Origin: Candidatus Woesearchaeota archaeon
Lineage (GTDB): Archaea; Nanobdellota; Nanobdellia; Woesearchaeales; DSVV01
Reading direction: 5' to 3'
DNA: 64,000 nt
NCBI GenBank assembly: GCA_018661705.1
Contig: JABJHR010000010.1
Coordinates: 66,911 to 130,910, forward strand
Positions 18,699 through 28,147 of the stretch are shown here, in pieces (position 1 is the first letter of the stretch; the number at the start of each line of letters is the position of its first letter). The position numbers and the translations under genes were made by a program. Below the pieces are notes generated by a model. That model saw nothing but the letters and a program-made list of their open reading frames with translations. It was not told where the DNA came from and did no database searches.

Positions 18699-21389
18699 TT
18701 ATAAATCAATCAATCGTTTTTGTTTTAATTTAGTGAATTCAACAACATCATCTTCTTTATCATTCTCTTTTTTTGATTCATCTACTGAATCAGAATTAGT
18801 TTTTTCATTCTTATCATTAATTATGTTCTTTTTTTCATTTCCGTTTTTTCTTCTTTTCTCAACAATAATCTTATCTCTCATATTATCTGCAACTTCTAAT
18901 TTATATTGGATTTCTCTTGCTTTTTCAATTACATGTTTTGGCATGCCTGCTAATTTTGCAACATGCACACCAAAGCTTTTATCAGTGCCACCTTCTTGTA
19001 ATTTTCTTAAGAATATTAGTTCTTCTTTATTTTCTTTAACAGCAATGTGATAGTTTTTAACACCCTCAAACTTTTCTAACTTTGTTAAAACATGGTAATG
19101 TGTTGCAAACATTGTTTTTGCTTTAACTTTTTCATTGATATACTCTGCAACACTCCAAGCAATACTAACTCCATCAAACGTACTTGTGCCACGACCAATT
19201 TCATCCATTATGATTAGTGATTTAGATGTTGCATTATTAAGAATTGTAGCTGTTTCATTCATTTCTACCATAAATGTAGATTGTCCATGGGTTAAATCAT
19301 CATGCGCTCCTACCCTAGTAAAAATTCTATCAACAATTCCAATCTCTGCTTTTTTTGCAGGAACAAAACATCCAATCTGTGCCATTAAAACACATAAAGC
19401 AACTTGTCTCATTACTGTGCTCTTTCCAGACATGTTAGGCCCTGTAATTATCATCATTTTATTATCATTGTTAATAAAAATATCATTGGGAATGTAAACT
19501 TTTTCAATTTTCTCAATAACTGGATGTCTACATTCTTCTAATTTCATTGCAAATTTGTAGTCTACATCTGGCTTACAATAATTATTTTCACTTGCAATAT
19601 TTGCAAAGCTTAAGAAAACATCTATTTCAGAAATAAAATCACTTACGTCCTGAATTTGAATTGTTTGTTCAATAATGGTTGAGCAAACTTCTTGAAATAA
19701 TTTTAATTCTAATGTTTTGATTTTTTCTTCTGCTCCTAAGATTTTTTCTTCATATTGTTTTAGTTCTTCTGTAATATATCTTTCAGCATTTGCCATTGTT
19801 TGTTTTCTAATATAAACAAGGCTACCATCTTGATTTTTTGGAAGAAGATGTAAATTTGATTTTGTTATTTCAATAAAATAACCAAACACCCTATTAAAAC
19901 CAACTTTTAATGATTTAATTCCTGTTTTTTCTCTTTCTCTTTTTTCAATGTCTTTAATATATCCTCTACCATTTCTACAAATGTCATGGTACTCATCTAA
20001 TTCTTTATTATGTCCTTGTTTTATAATCCCTCCATCATTAACACTTAATGGTGGTTCATCTTTAATTGCAGCTTCAATTAGCCCAACTATTTCTTTCATA
20101 TCACTTACAATACTTACTTTTTCCAAATACTTATTTTTCAAATATTTTTCATCTAATAATGTTTTATCTACTTCTGTAAAAATTCTTTTTAATTCAGGAA
20201 TTACTCTTAATGATTCTTTTAATGCAATTAAATCACGAGCATTTGCATTTCCATAATTAACTCTTGAAATTAGTCTTTCAATATCTTTTACACTCTCTAA
20301 AACTTCTTTTAATTCTTGCCTAACAAGAATGTTTCTAAATAAAAAATCAACAGCATTTAGTCTTTGATTAATTTCTTCAATATCAAGAAGTGGATTAAGC
20401 AACCATCTTTTTAATAGTCTGGAACCCATTGGTGTAAGTGTTTTATCGACGACATCTAATAATGTATCATTTGAAGTATTATCTCTGATGTTACTTACAA
20501 TCTCTAGATTTCTAATTGTTGATTTGTCTAGGTTCATAAATTCATTTGTTGAAAAATATCTTATTTTGTTAATGTGTGTTAAACTAGTTTTTTGTGTTTC
20601 TTGGAGATAACTAATTAATGCGCCTGCACTTGCAATACTAAGTTTTCTTCCTTCTAGGCCATACCCTTCTAAATTTATGGTTTTAAATTGTTCAGTTAAG
20701 TTTTTACTTGCAATATCATGGAAATAAAATCTATCTTCATATTCGTTTAAGTAAAAGTTTTGTTTTTTTAATTCAGTAATTACTTTGTTATTAACTTGCA
20801 TACTTGGGAATATGATTTCAGCAGGACTAATTCTATGGATTTCACTCATTAATTTATCTTCACTAACTTCCGTTGTTAAAAATTCACCTGTTGATAAATC
20901 AACAATTGCAATTCCAATTACATTTTCGGTTTCTTTACTTTGGTTTAAAATTTTAGATGAGCTAGAAGTATTAGAATTAGCAAAATTCATTGAGAAATAC
21001 AAACTCATTAAATAATTATTTGCTTTATCTGAAATTAAACCACTATCAATAATTGTTCCAGGTGTCACAACTCTAACAACATCTCTTTTAACAACACCTT
21101 TTGCAAACTTTGGATTTTCTATTTGTTCACAAATTGCACATTTAATCCCTGCTCTAATTAATTTTGCTAAATAATTATCTAATGCATGGTAGGGAAGGCC
21201 TGCTAATGGTACTGGATTTTTAGTTCCTCGTTTTGTTAAGGTAATATTGAGAACTTTGGATGCTAATTTAGCATCATCATAGAACATTTCATAAAAATCT
21301 CCCATTCTAAATAATATTAAACAATCTGGATGCTTTTCTTTAAAGAAAACAAACTGTTTCATAGCTGGTGTTAAGTTGTCTTTGTCCAT
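18699..21389 (-). CDS. mutS: DNA mismatch repair protein MutS (MutS1 type)
   Basis: 896 aa; N-terminal mismatch-binding RMGDFYEMFYDDA, Walker A GPNMSGKSTVMRQ, ...DEIGRGTST.... Has an N/S-rich low-complexity insert and a K/E/N-rich C-terminal tail. Confidence 0.85.
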   Translation of the reverse strand: MDKDNLTPAMKQFVFFKEKHPDCLILFRMGDFYEMFYDDAKLASKVLNITLTKRGTKNPVPLAGLPYHALDNYLAKLIRAGIKCAICEQIENPKFAKGVVKRDVVRVVTPGTIIDSGLISDKANNYLMSLYFSMNFANSNTSSSSKILNQSKETENVIGIAIVDLSTGEFLTTEVSEDKLMSEIHRISPAEIIFPSMQVNNKVITELKKQNFYLNEYEDRFYFHDIASKNLTEQFKTINLEGYGLEGRKLSIASAGALISYLQETQKTSLTHINKIRYFSTNEFMNLDKSTIRNLEIVSNIRDNTSNDTLLDVVDKTLTPMGSRLLKRWLLNPLLDIEEINQRLNAVDFLFRNILVRQELKEVLESVKDIERLISRVNYGNANARDLIALKESLRVIPELKRIFTEVDKTLLDEKYLKNKYLEKVSIVSDMKEIVGLIEAAIKDEPPLSVNDGGIIKQGHNKELDEYHDICRNGRGYIKDIEKREREKTGIKSLKVGFNRVFGYFIEITKSNLHLLPKNQDGSLVYIRKQTMANAERYITEELKQYEEKILGAEEKIKTLELKLFQEVCSTIIEQTIQIQDVSDFISEIDVFLSFANIASENNYCKPDVDYKFAMKLEECRHPVIEKIEKVYIPNDIFINNDNKMMIITGPNMSGKSTVMRQVALCVLMAQIGCFVPAKKAEIGIVDRIFTRVGAHDDLTHGQSTFMVEMNETATILNNATSKSLIIMDEIGRGTSTFDGVSIAWSVAEYINEKVKAKTMFATHYHVLTKLEKFEGVKNYHIAVKENKEELIFLRKLQEGGTDKSFGVHVAKLAGMPKHVIEKAREIQYKLEVADNMRDKIIVEKRRKNGNEKKNIINDKNEKTNSDSVDESKKENDKEDDVVEFTKLKQKRLIDL

Positions 21390-21523
21390 CTCTCTTTTAA
21401 ACCCCTCTTTAATTTGGATATTTTGGTGATTTATATAGTTAATTGGTGTTAAATATATATTACAAAGATTACCTCTATTTGAGTAGCTAAAACTTTAAAA
21501 ATCTCCCCATATTTCACTTTTAC

Positions 21524-22066
21524 ATGGAAATAATCTTAGATATAGAAACAGCACCTCTTACAGAGAATGCAGAAGATGCTTTATCTCCAATGAATGGAAG
21601 GGTGGTTGCAATTGGAATGAAGTATTTGAAGGAAGAATTAATTATTATGGAAGATGATGAAAAAGAATTAATACAGAAATTCTGGGAGAAAATAAGAGAA
21701 TTACACAAGCAATTTTCAATTATCAGATATGTTGGTTTTAATATTAGGGATTTTGATTTCTATTTTCTTATTAACAGGTCTCTTCATTTTAATTTAGAGA
21801 TTGTAAGACCAACAGGTACATCATTTATTGATCTTCGTGAACATTTGGCTTTGTTTAGGACGTATGGGAAATCAGGAACATTAAATGATTATGCAAAATT
21901 AATTGGGGTAAAAGGAAAGTATAAAGATATTAAAGGTGGAGATGTTCCTTTACTTTGGAAACAAAAACAATTTGAAGAAATTAGAAATTATCTTAGCCAA
22001 GATTTATTTATGACTCATGCATTATTTGAAAGATGCAAGAATATTGGATTGATATTTGAGAATTAA
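21524..22066 (+). CDS. predicted 3'-5' exonuclease, DnaQ/PolB-exo-like (RNase H fold)
   Basis: 180 aa; ILDIETAPL (Exo I DxE motif) and later acidic/aromatic motifs; divergent from mutS. Confidence 0.5.
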   Translation: MEIILDIETAPLTENAEDALSPMNGRVVAIGMKYLKEELIIMEDDEKELIQKFWEKIRELHKQFSIIRYVGFNIRDFDFYFLINRSLHFNLEIVRPTGTSFIDLREHLALFRTYGKSGTLNDYAKLIGVKGKYKDIKGGDVPLLWKQKQFEEIRNYLSQDLFMTHALFERCKNIGLIFEN

Positions 22067-22103
22067 TTCTGTTTTTTATTTTTTATCTGTTTAGAATTTT
22101 TTT

Positions 22104-22185
22104 AATAATGTAGGTTGACAGGGGGTTGTCCCTTACGGGGTGGTCGATAGGTTTGAACGAAGTGAAAATCGTCTACCATTATTAA
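22104..22185 (+). repeat. Repeat family C copy (C1)
   Basis: AATAATGTAGGTTGACAGGGGGTTGTCCCTTACGGGGTGGTCGATAGGTTTGAACGAAGTGAAAATCGTCTACCATTATT. Closing stem AATAATG/CATTATT and a GC-rich hairpin with GGGGG. Confidence 0.6.
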
Positions 22186-22222
22186 AATAAAAAAATTCAA
22201 ATTCTTAGAAAAACCATCACAA

Positions 22223-22831
22223 TTAAATTTGGTTAAAGAAATTCAGTTCTCTATCTTCTAATTCTCGCCATTGACTTCTTACTAATCCTCGTCTTGTTAA
22301 CGTACCAAATTTAATTCTTTCCATAAATTCAATTTCATAGCCAAGGCTTGCAAAAACTTTTCTAACATATACATCACTTTTTTCAAAAACTTTTATTCTT
22401 AATAATGATTTTCTTTCGCTGGCAAATTTTATAATCCATGGCCTTAAGTGATGTTTTTTAAAATGAAAACCATTTCTCATTTCAATAAAATCTTTTTTTC
22501 TTAGTGGTTTATTTAATCTAATATAATATGTGAAATAGATTTTATTACTTCTTCTTATTTTCTCCACCATTTCTTTATCATCTGTTAAAACCATTAGTCC
22601 TTCAGAATCAAAATTTAATGTATCAACAGGAATTAAATTATCACTTACATAAAATGAGTCACCTGGTCTTCTATCATCATCCTGTGATCTTCTTTTGATT
22701 GGTTCTATATCAAACAATAGATTAATTGTATTTTTCTTTCCAATCATCCTTTCTTTTGGAAGTTCTCCAGTAATTGGATCTACAGAAATATATTCCTTTG
22801 GCTTGTTTAATACTATGTATTGAAATTCCAT
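22223..22831 (-). CDS. pseudouridine synthase, RsuA/RluB family (no S4 domain)
   Basis: YIVLNKPKEY and PVDTLNFDSEGLMVLTDD match the RsuA-family catalytic-Asp motif (hRLD..SeGLl). Confidence 0.65.
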   Translation of the reverse strand: MEFQYIVLNKPKEYISVDPITGELPKERMIGKKNTINLLFDIEPIKRRSQDDDRRPGDSFYVSDNLIPVDTLNFDSEGLMVLTDDKEMVEKIRRSNKIYFTYYIRLNKPLRKKDFIEMRNGFHFKKHHLRPWIIKFASERKSLLRIKVFEKSDVYVRKVFASLGYEIEFMERIKFGTLTRRGLVRSQWRELEDRELNFFNQI

Positions 22832-22953
22832 AATATATAATTAAAGGGTTCTATTAATAAATATTTGTATAAATACATATTAAATTATATTTAAACATAG
22901 GATTTAGTAACAATGTCACATACAAAAAACAACAATGGCGCACTTTAATAATC

Positions 22954-23060
22954 CAACAATAATGGCACAGACTGGCCGGGGGTTGGCTCCTTCGGAGTGG
23001 CCAGTAGGACTAATTCGAACATAGTGAGAATTTGGACGTCTGTTGCCATTATTATTGTTG
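22954..23060 (+). repeat. Repeat family C copy (C2), immediately upstream of tRNA-Met
   Basis: CAACAATAATGGCACAGACTGGCCGGGGGTTGGCTCCTTCGGAGTGGCCAGTAGGACTAATTCGAACATAGTGAGAATTTGGACGTCTGTTGCCATTATTATTGTTG. A 19-bp closing stem, a CTCC-UUCG-GGAG hairpin, GGGGG. Confidence 0.65.
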
Positions 23061-23135
23061 GATTCATTATCTACTTATTTTCAATCAAAAACAGTAAAAA
23101 CATTTATAAACAAATTACTTTTCTTAAGACATCAT

Positions 23136-23309
23136 GGCGGCATAACTCAGCCTGGAAGATGTTGATCATCTGGGCAATTAGAGTGCCACGCTCATATTGT
23201 TGAGCTAGGAGTTCCTTAATTGGGATGATGACTAAACAAGAGGCACGTGGATGTCCCGAGTTCAAATTTTGAAAAAGTTATTTTTCAATTGAAAGTCTCG
23301 GTGCCGCCA
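23136..23309 (+). tRNA. tRNA-Met/Ile2 (anticodon CAU) interrupted by three putative introns (D-arm 23 nt, canonical 37/38 48 nt, T-loop 29 nt)
   Basis: Hand-folded. Acceptor GGCGGCA/TGCCGCC, D-stem ACTC/GAGT with loop AGCCTGGAA, anticodon stem CCACG/CGTGG with loop CUCAUAA, variable ATGTC, T-arm CCGAG-TTCAAAT-[intron]-CTCGG, discriminator A, then oligo-T. Mature length 74. Confidence 0.5.
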
Positions 23310-23345
23310 CTTTTTTATCTATATAATAAAAATTGGGGTGAAAGA

Positions 23346-23810
23346 ATGAGAAAACTGATTGTATTAATGATTGTATTGTTTCTATTTGGATTTATTGGAT
23401 GCACAACTGTTACAGAAGTTGTTACAGAAGAACAGCTAGAGAAGAGTATGGAAGAGAATGGTGCTGATGATGTTGAAGTTGACATTAAAGATGGTGGCAA
23501 AGAAATGACAATTGAGACAGAAGAGGGCACAGTTAATGTTAAAACAGATATGAAAAATGTTGATGATTGGTGTGCAACTGGTTCAAACTGGAAATATGCA
23601 GCAGATATTGATGATGGTCAAACTAATGCAAAATGGGAAGTTTTAGGTATGGCTTCTGGTGAATATGCTGGATTATGTCATGTAAAATACACAGCAGTTG
23701 GTCCAGAAGGAGATGCTACCATGGATTATTACTTCAGTGAAGATGGCGAATCTGGTTATTTTGAAATGGATGTAGGCGGCCAAGTTATGAAGCAAGAGTG
23801 GCACAACTAA
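23346..23810 (+). CDS. small secreted lipoprotein, unknown function
   Basis: Start at MRKLIVLMIVLFLFGFIGCTT (GGGGTGA ribosome-binding site); lipobox FIGC; the track start at 23247 would overlap the tRNA. Confidence 0.5.
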   Translation: MRKLIVLMIVLFLFGFIGCTTVTEVVTEEQLEKSMEENGADDVEVDIKDGGKEMTIETEEGTVNVKTDMKNVDDWCATGSNWKYAADIDDGQTNAKWEVLGMASGEYAGLCHVKYTAVGPEGDATMDYYFSEDGESGYFEMDVGGQVMKQEWHN

Positions 23811-23876
23811 AAGATAAGTAAGTAGTTTTAAGTCATAAGTAAGTAGTTTTGGTTTGTAGTAGATAAGTAAGCAGTG

Positions 23877-23943
23877 TACTACCAACTACCAACTACTAAC
23901 TACCAACTACCAACTACCAACTACCAACTACCAACTACCAACT
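23877..23943. repeat. heptanucleotide tandem repeat (CTACCAA)x9, then (CTTCATA)x3
   Basis: actaccaactaccaactactaactaccaactaccaactaccaactaccaactaccaactt read directly; lies in the 3' region after the lipoprotein gene. Confidence 0.8.
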
Positions 23944-24408
23944 TATAACCCACTTCATACTTCATACTTCATACTTCAAACTTAGAACTCATATCCCCCT
24001 TATCTACTCCCGAGTGATTTAATGTTTATTCTTTATGATTTTGCTAGTAGAAAGGTTGTATTCTTAAATTTCTTATATTTTATAATCTCCTTATCGCAAA
24101 GTTTATAAACTACCAATTACTATAAAGGAATACATTAAAAGAGTTGTGTTGGGCTTTATACGCCCTAGTATAGTACTAAGTATAGTACATCGTATAATGT
24201 TTCATAAAAGCATTAACTAGTAAACAAGAGGTTGAACTCTACTTTCCAAGTAGATAATGCTCTTAGCTTTATCTAATGCTTTAATCCAAGTAGATAAAAG
24301 AATAAAAAACGAGTCAGAAAACAAACAAAATAAGAAAAAAACAAATAAAACAAGCAAAATACATACATAAAATACAAAAAAGTACGGAAAAGAATTGAGG
24401 TGAAAAGA

Positions 24409-24681
24409 ATGAAACGGATTATGGCAATATTAGGATTATTGCTCGTGTTTGGATTGGTGTTTGGGTGTAGTGCCCCATCAGAAGAACCTGCAATGGAAGC
24501 TGACGAACCAGCAGCAGATGTCGCAGAAGAGCCTGAATTAGGAGAAGAAGAACCTCTGCTAGAAGAAGATGAAAGTCTAGATGCAGGGGAAGAACCTGAA
24601 GGTGACATGGAAGATCCTGAAGCTGATGAAATGGAAGATGAATCAGAAGCTGAAGATGGTGAAGAGGACCTTGAGGTTTAA
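24409..24681 (+). CDS. small acidic lipoprotein (signal peptide + D/E-rich tail)
   Basis: GAGGTGA ribosome-binding site, MKRIMAILGLLLVFGLVFGCSAPSEEP... lipobox, then about 60 aa that are about 45% Asp/Glu. The antisense ORF 24273..24608 is rejected. Confidence 0.45.
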   Translation: MKRIMAILGLLLVFGLVFGCSAPSEEPAMEADEPAADVAEEPELGEEEPLLEEDESLDAGEEPEGDMEDPEADEMEDESEAEDGEEDLEV

Positions 24682-24788
24682 AATGAATGGATTTTTTATT
24701 TTTCTTTTCTTAACAAAACAAATATGTAATCACTGTGTGATAGTTCTAAAAACAAAGATTTAAAAATCCACACGCACACCCTCCTTCT

Positions 24789-26153
24789 ATGGCCACTAAC
24801 TTAGCTAAGTTATTAGAATTAAGAACAGAATTAGATGGATTTCTATCAGGATATGAGCAAAGAAAGCATTTATTTGATCAAGTTCCTAAATACGATATAG
24901 ATCTAGTATTCTCTCTGTGGGATGAATATTTGGCTTTTTTAGATGAAAATGCTGATGCAGAGAAAGCAGAGCGAGTAAGAAGAGCAGAAAAAAGAGTAAA
25001 AGAAGGGCAAGAATATGAAGAAACACCTGCAGTGCATTTAGATGGTGGTTTTCCAGAGAAGATTCGTGAACCTATTAAACATATTTACAAGGCAATGAAT
25101 GATACATTAAATTTAGTTTTTCCTTCAACTAATATTCCAGAATTAGCTGAAAATGCACTAGGAGATCCCAAATTATGGAAATTCTTTGTTCATGATATTA
25201 ATCACCTTGATTCAGATCTTAACAGACAACAATGGACAGTTAGTCAAGTTTATTTTGATGAGTCTGTTGCAAGAATGAGGCACAGAAGAGAAGAAATGAG
25301 ATGGTTTTTAGAGCTATTCAATAATAATTCTGAATTTATGTATGGAGCTAAAATCGAACCATATAAAATGCTTGATTTTATTGTAGCAGATGAGCTTGGA
25401 GAAAGACAAAAGATGGCCTTCTTTAAACCAGCTGATTTGGCTTTGAAAACTGCTTTAACATTGCAAAACAGACATCCACAATTTGAATTTGCTTTAGTTA
25501 ACGAATTAACTGATAGTTTACAAAATGAGATTGCAGTTGATGCTGAACCAGTTGCAATGTATGGGAATTCTGGCCTAGCTTTTTCAATTCTTTATAATTT
25601 AGCTAAAAATGCTTACAAAAAAATGGTTGCTGGAAAAAATACTGGTGAAAAAATGTTTATGCAAGTTTATGAAGCTCCTTTATCTTCAGTTGTTATAACA
25701 GTAGGTGATAATGGAACTCCAATTGATTTAAACAAAATGAAATCTCAAGTAAGAGAATTAATCAAAGAAAATGGAATTGAAAGTGTTGTATTTCCTAATA
25801 AAGAAGCAAAACAAAGATATCAGGGTTGGCAAGAATCTGAATATAAAATTGGAGATTTAACCATGAAAGATATTACAGATGTTGCATTCATGGCAAGAAT
25901 GAGTGGATTTGATAGTGATAATGCATTTTCTTCAGGAATGGGTTTATATGGATTAAAATATTTTGTTGAGAAAATGGGTGGTATTGCTATGTATGGAGAA
26001 AACTTTGAAACTGGAAGTCCACTTTTCACTTGTATCCTTCCGAAGAAAATGGAAACTGGTGGGGTAAGAAGAGTTCTTAATTTATTATCATCTACTTATA
26101 ATGCTACTAAACTATACAGGCATGGTCATGGAAGAGTTCAAAGAACAGCATAA
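24789..26153 (+). CDS. GHKL-type ATPase domain protein (histidine-kinase-like ATPase without recognisable HisKA/sensor domain)
   Basis: C-terminal N-box ILYNLAKNAYKKM, G1 VGDNGTPID, G2 SSGMGLYGLKYFVEKMGG; N-terminal 250 aa unassigned. Confidence 0.5.
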   Translation: MATNLAKLLELRTELDGFLSGYEQRKHLFDQVPKYDIDLVFSLWDEYLAFLDENADAEKAERVRRAEKRVKEGQEYEETPAVHLDGGFPEKIREPIKHIYKAMNDTLNLVFPSTNIPELAENALGDPKLWKFFVHDINHLDSDLNRQQWTVSQVYFDESVARMRHRREEMRWFLELFNNNSEFMYGAKIEPYKMLDFIVADELGERQKMAFFKPADLALKTALTLQNRHPQFEFALVNELTDSLQNEIAVDAEPVAMYGNSGLAFSILYNLAKNAYKKMVAGKNTGEKMFMQVYEAPLSSVVITVGDNGTPIDLNKMKSQVRELIKENGIESVVFPNKEAKQRYQGWQESEYKIGDLTMKDITDVAFMARMSGFDSDNAFSSGMGLYGLKYFVEKMGGIAMYGENFETGSPLFTCILPKKMETGGVRRVLNLLSSTYNATKLYRHGHGRVQRTA

Positions 26154-26159
26154 ATTACT

Positions 26160-26756
26160 TTAATTTTTTGATTCTGATATAATTACTTCACCAAGAGGAT
26201 CATTATTTTTCATTGACAATGCTACTGAATTAACAGAAATTCTAGTTAGTTCATCTTTGTATCTTCTGTTTTTGTCTAAATCTTCAGCAACTTCTAAATA
26301 ATGTGTTGCATGATTTACATAATCTTCTGAATCATCATATCTTTCTTCTTTAGTTAACAAATAAGCTTCATGCATATACACATTAGCAAGGTCCATAAAT
26401 ATTCTTGGATTATCTTTGTGTGTTTGAAGTCCTCTTTTAAGTAATTTAGTTGCATCATTAAATTTACAATATTTTGCTTCTCTCCAACCAACAGCAAAAG
26501 CATGGTAAACAGAAATATCTGCTTCTTCTTTTAGTTTTATCATTGATCCACATAACTCAATCATGGGTCTAACTAATGCGTCATATAATCCAGAACTATG
26601 TGTTCTTGCATACCAACGTGCATAAGATGTTGCAGAACCAGCTTCAACTAATTTAACTAATCTTTTTTTACCAAACACATCTAAATTTTTTCTAAGATAG
26701 TCTATTGTATCATCTAGTGTATCAAAAAACTTTGCTGATCTTGTCACCTCTACCAT
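26160..26756 (-). CDS. hypothetical protein (helical)
   Basis: 198-aa ORF, no motif recognised. Confidence 0.4.
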   Translation of the reverse strand: MVEVTRSAKFFDTLDDTIDYLRKNLDVFGKKRLVKLVEAGSATSYARWYARTHSSGLYDALVRPMIELCGSMIKLKEEADISVYHAFAVGWREAKYCKFNDATKLLKRGLQTHKDNPRIFMDLANVYMHEAYLLTKEERYDDSEDYVNHATHYLEVAEDLDKNRRYKDELTRISVNSVALSMKNNDPLGEVIISESKN

Positions 26757-26774
26757 AATTTCACTATCTATTAT

Positions 26775-27029
26775 CTACTCTATTTTTTTATTCATTTTTT
26801 TCAAAGGAAGAACAAAGATTAAATAAATTATTCCAAAACCTATGAATAAGTAAATCATGTCATAGGGATTCATTACAAAGTAAGTCATGTGAGCAATTAC
26901 TGAAACAATTCCAATAATTCCCCATATTAATTTAAGTTTTTTTTGGTCTATCATTTTTTTGGTAATGGGTGGTGTGTTTTGAGTCTTGAGTTGGTTTTGG
27001 GCAAGTAAGTTTTGAGAAAATTGCATCAA
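26775..27029 (-). CDS. small membrane protein (2 TM)
   Basis: 84 aa with two hydrophobic helices. Confidence 0.35.
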   Translation of the reverse strand: MMQFSQNLLAQNQLKTQNTPPITKKMIDQKKLKLIWGIIGIVSVIAHMTYFVMNPYDMIYLFIGFGIIYLIFVLPLKKMNKKIE

Positions 27030-27083
27030 TACTCATAACTTCTTACCAACCCATAACTCAATACTCACAACTACTTACTATAA

Positions 27084-28106
27084 TCATATCTTTTTCATAA
27101 TTACTTTATGTTTATATTTCTTCATTTCTTTCAAAGCTTGTTTCCATGTTAGTAATATATTTTTTGCTCCATAACTTTGAATTACACTTTCTGCATTTGT
27201 TGCTGCTAAGAATAAACAAAATTCAATTGGTTTATTTTTTGCTAATCCTGCAATAAATGAAGAGGTAAATGCATCACCTGCTCCTGTTGTTTCCATAATC
27301 TTAACTTTTCTCGGTTCAATATGGTATAAATAATTCTTTTTTTCATCAACAAAACAATACGATCCGTTTTTCCCATCTGTAATTAACACAATATTAGGTC
27401 CAAGAGTATTTAGTTCTTTAACTAATCTTTCAATTTTTATGTTTTTGTTTTCACATTTATATCCTAATAATAATTTTGCTTCCTCTAAATTAAGAACTAA
27501 TGCCGTTGTTTTGTCAAGAATTTTTTTTAATTTTTTAGGACCTTCTTTTGCAAGATAATTAGTAGGATTAAAAGCAATTTTTATCTTATTTTTTTCTGCA
27601 TATTCTGCTAGTTTCTCTAAAGTTTTAAATGATTCACCTAACATTGTGCAAAAATAAAACCATTTTGCTTTTAATTTTCCTTTTTTAATTTGTTTATTTA
27701 GCTTGCTGAATTTTAATTGATTGCTCAATGCCTTATACGTGAGGATAGTTCGATGATGTTCAATACTATCAAGAATTACTGAATATGCCGTCATTCCTTT
27801 TTCTTCTTCATGTCCTATAAAAGAAACTTTTTCTTTTTTCAATTCTTCAATTATATGTTTTCCATTATCATCTTTTCCAACCATTCCAAGACAAGCTGTT
27901 TTTAGTCCCAATCTAGAAAAACAAACACCTGTATTAGTTGCTCCTCCTCCTGTCATAAAATCAAGTTGTTCTATAAGAACTTTTTTCCCGCAAGGATAAG
28001 CAATAAGATCTTCCTGGCATGTTTTTGTTTTTATTCTTATTAGTTCATTGTCTGTTTTAACAAATACATCAACAGTAGCAGATCCAACAGTTATTACATC
28101 ATACAT
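27084..28106 (-). CDS. PfkB-family carbohydrate/nucleoside kinase (ribokinase-like)
   Basis: N-terminal VITVGSATVDV, GG dipeptide region FMTGGGATNT, C-terminal TTGAGDAF (ATP-binding anion-hole motif). Confidence 0.75.
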   Translation of the reverse strand: MYDVITVGSATVDVFVKTDNELIRIKTKTCQEDLIAYPCGKKVLIEQLDFMTGGGATNTGVCFSRLGLKTACLGMVGKDDNGKHIIEELKKEKVSFIGHEEEKGMTAYSVILDSIEHHRTILTYKALSNQLKFSKLNKQIKKGKLKAKWFYFCTMLGESFKTLEKLAEYAEKNKIKIAFNPTNYLAKEGPKKLKKILDKTTALVLNLEEAKLLLGYKCENKNIKIERLVKELNTLGPNIVLITDGKNGSYCFVDEKKNYLYHIEPRKVKIMETTGAGDAFTSSFIAGLAKNKPIEFCLFLAATNAESVIQSYGAKNILLTWKQALKEMKKYKHKVIMKKI

Positions 28107-28147
28107 TTTAATTAATTCAGGGTTAAGGAAGTTTATAAATCTTGCTG

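Noticed and set aside
22997-23203. 68-aa + ORF in the track
   Set aside because: Overlaps repeat C2 and the 5' half of tRNA-Met; no ribosome-binding site; composition is non-coding.
24273-24608. 111-aa - strand ORF (Ser/Ala/Gly-rich)
   Set aside because: Antisense shadow of the acidic lipoprotein gene 24409..24681, which has a GAGGTGA ribosome-binding site and a signal peptide.
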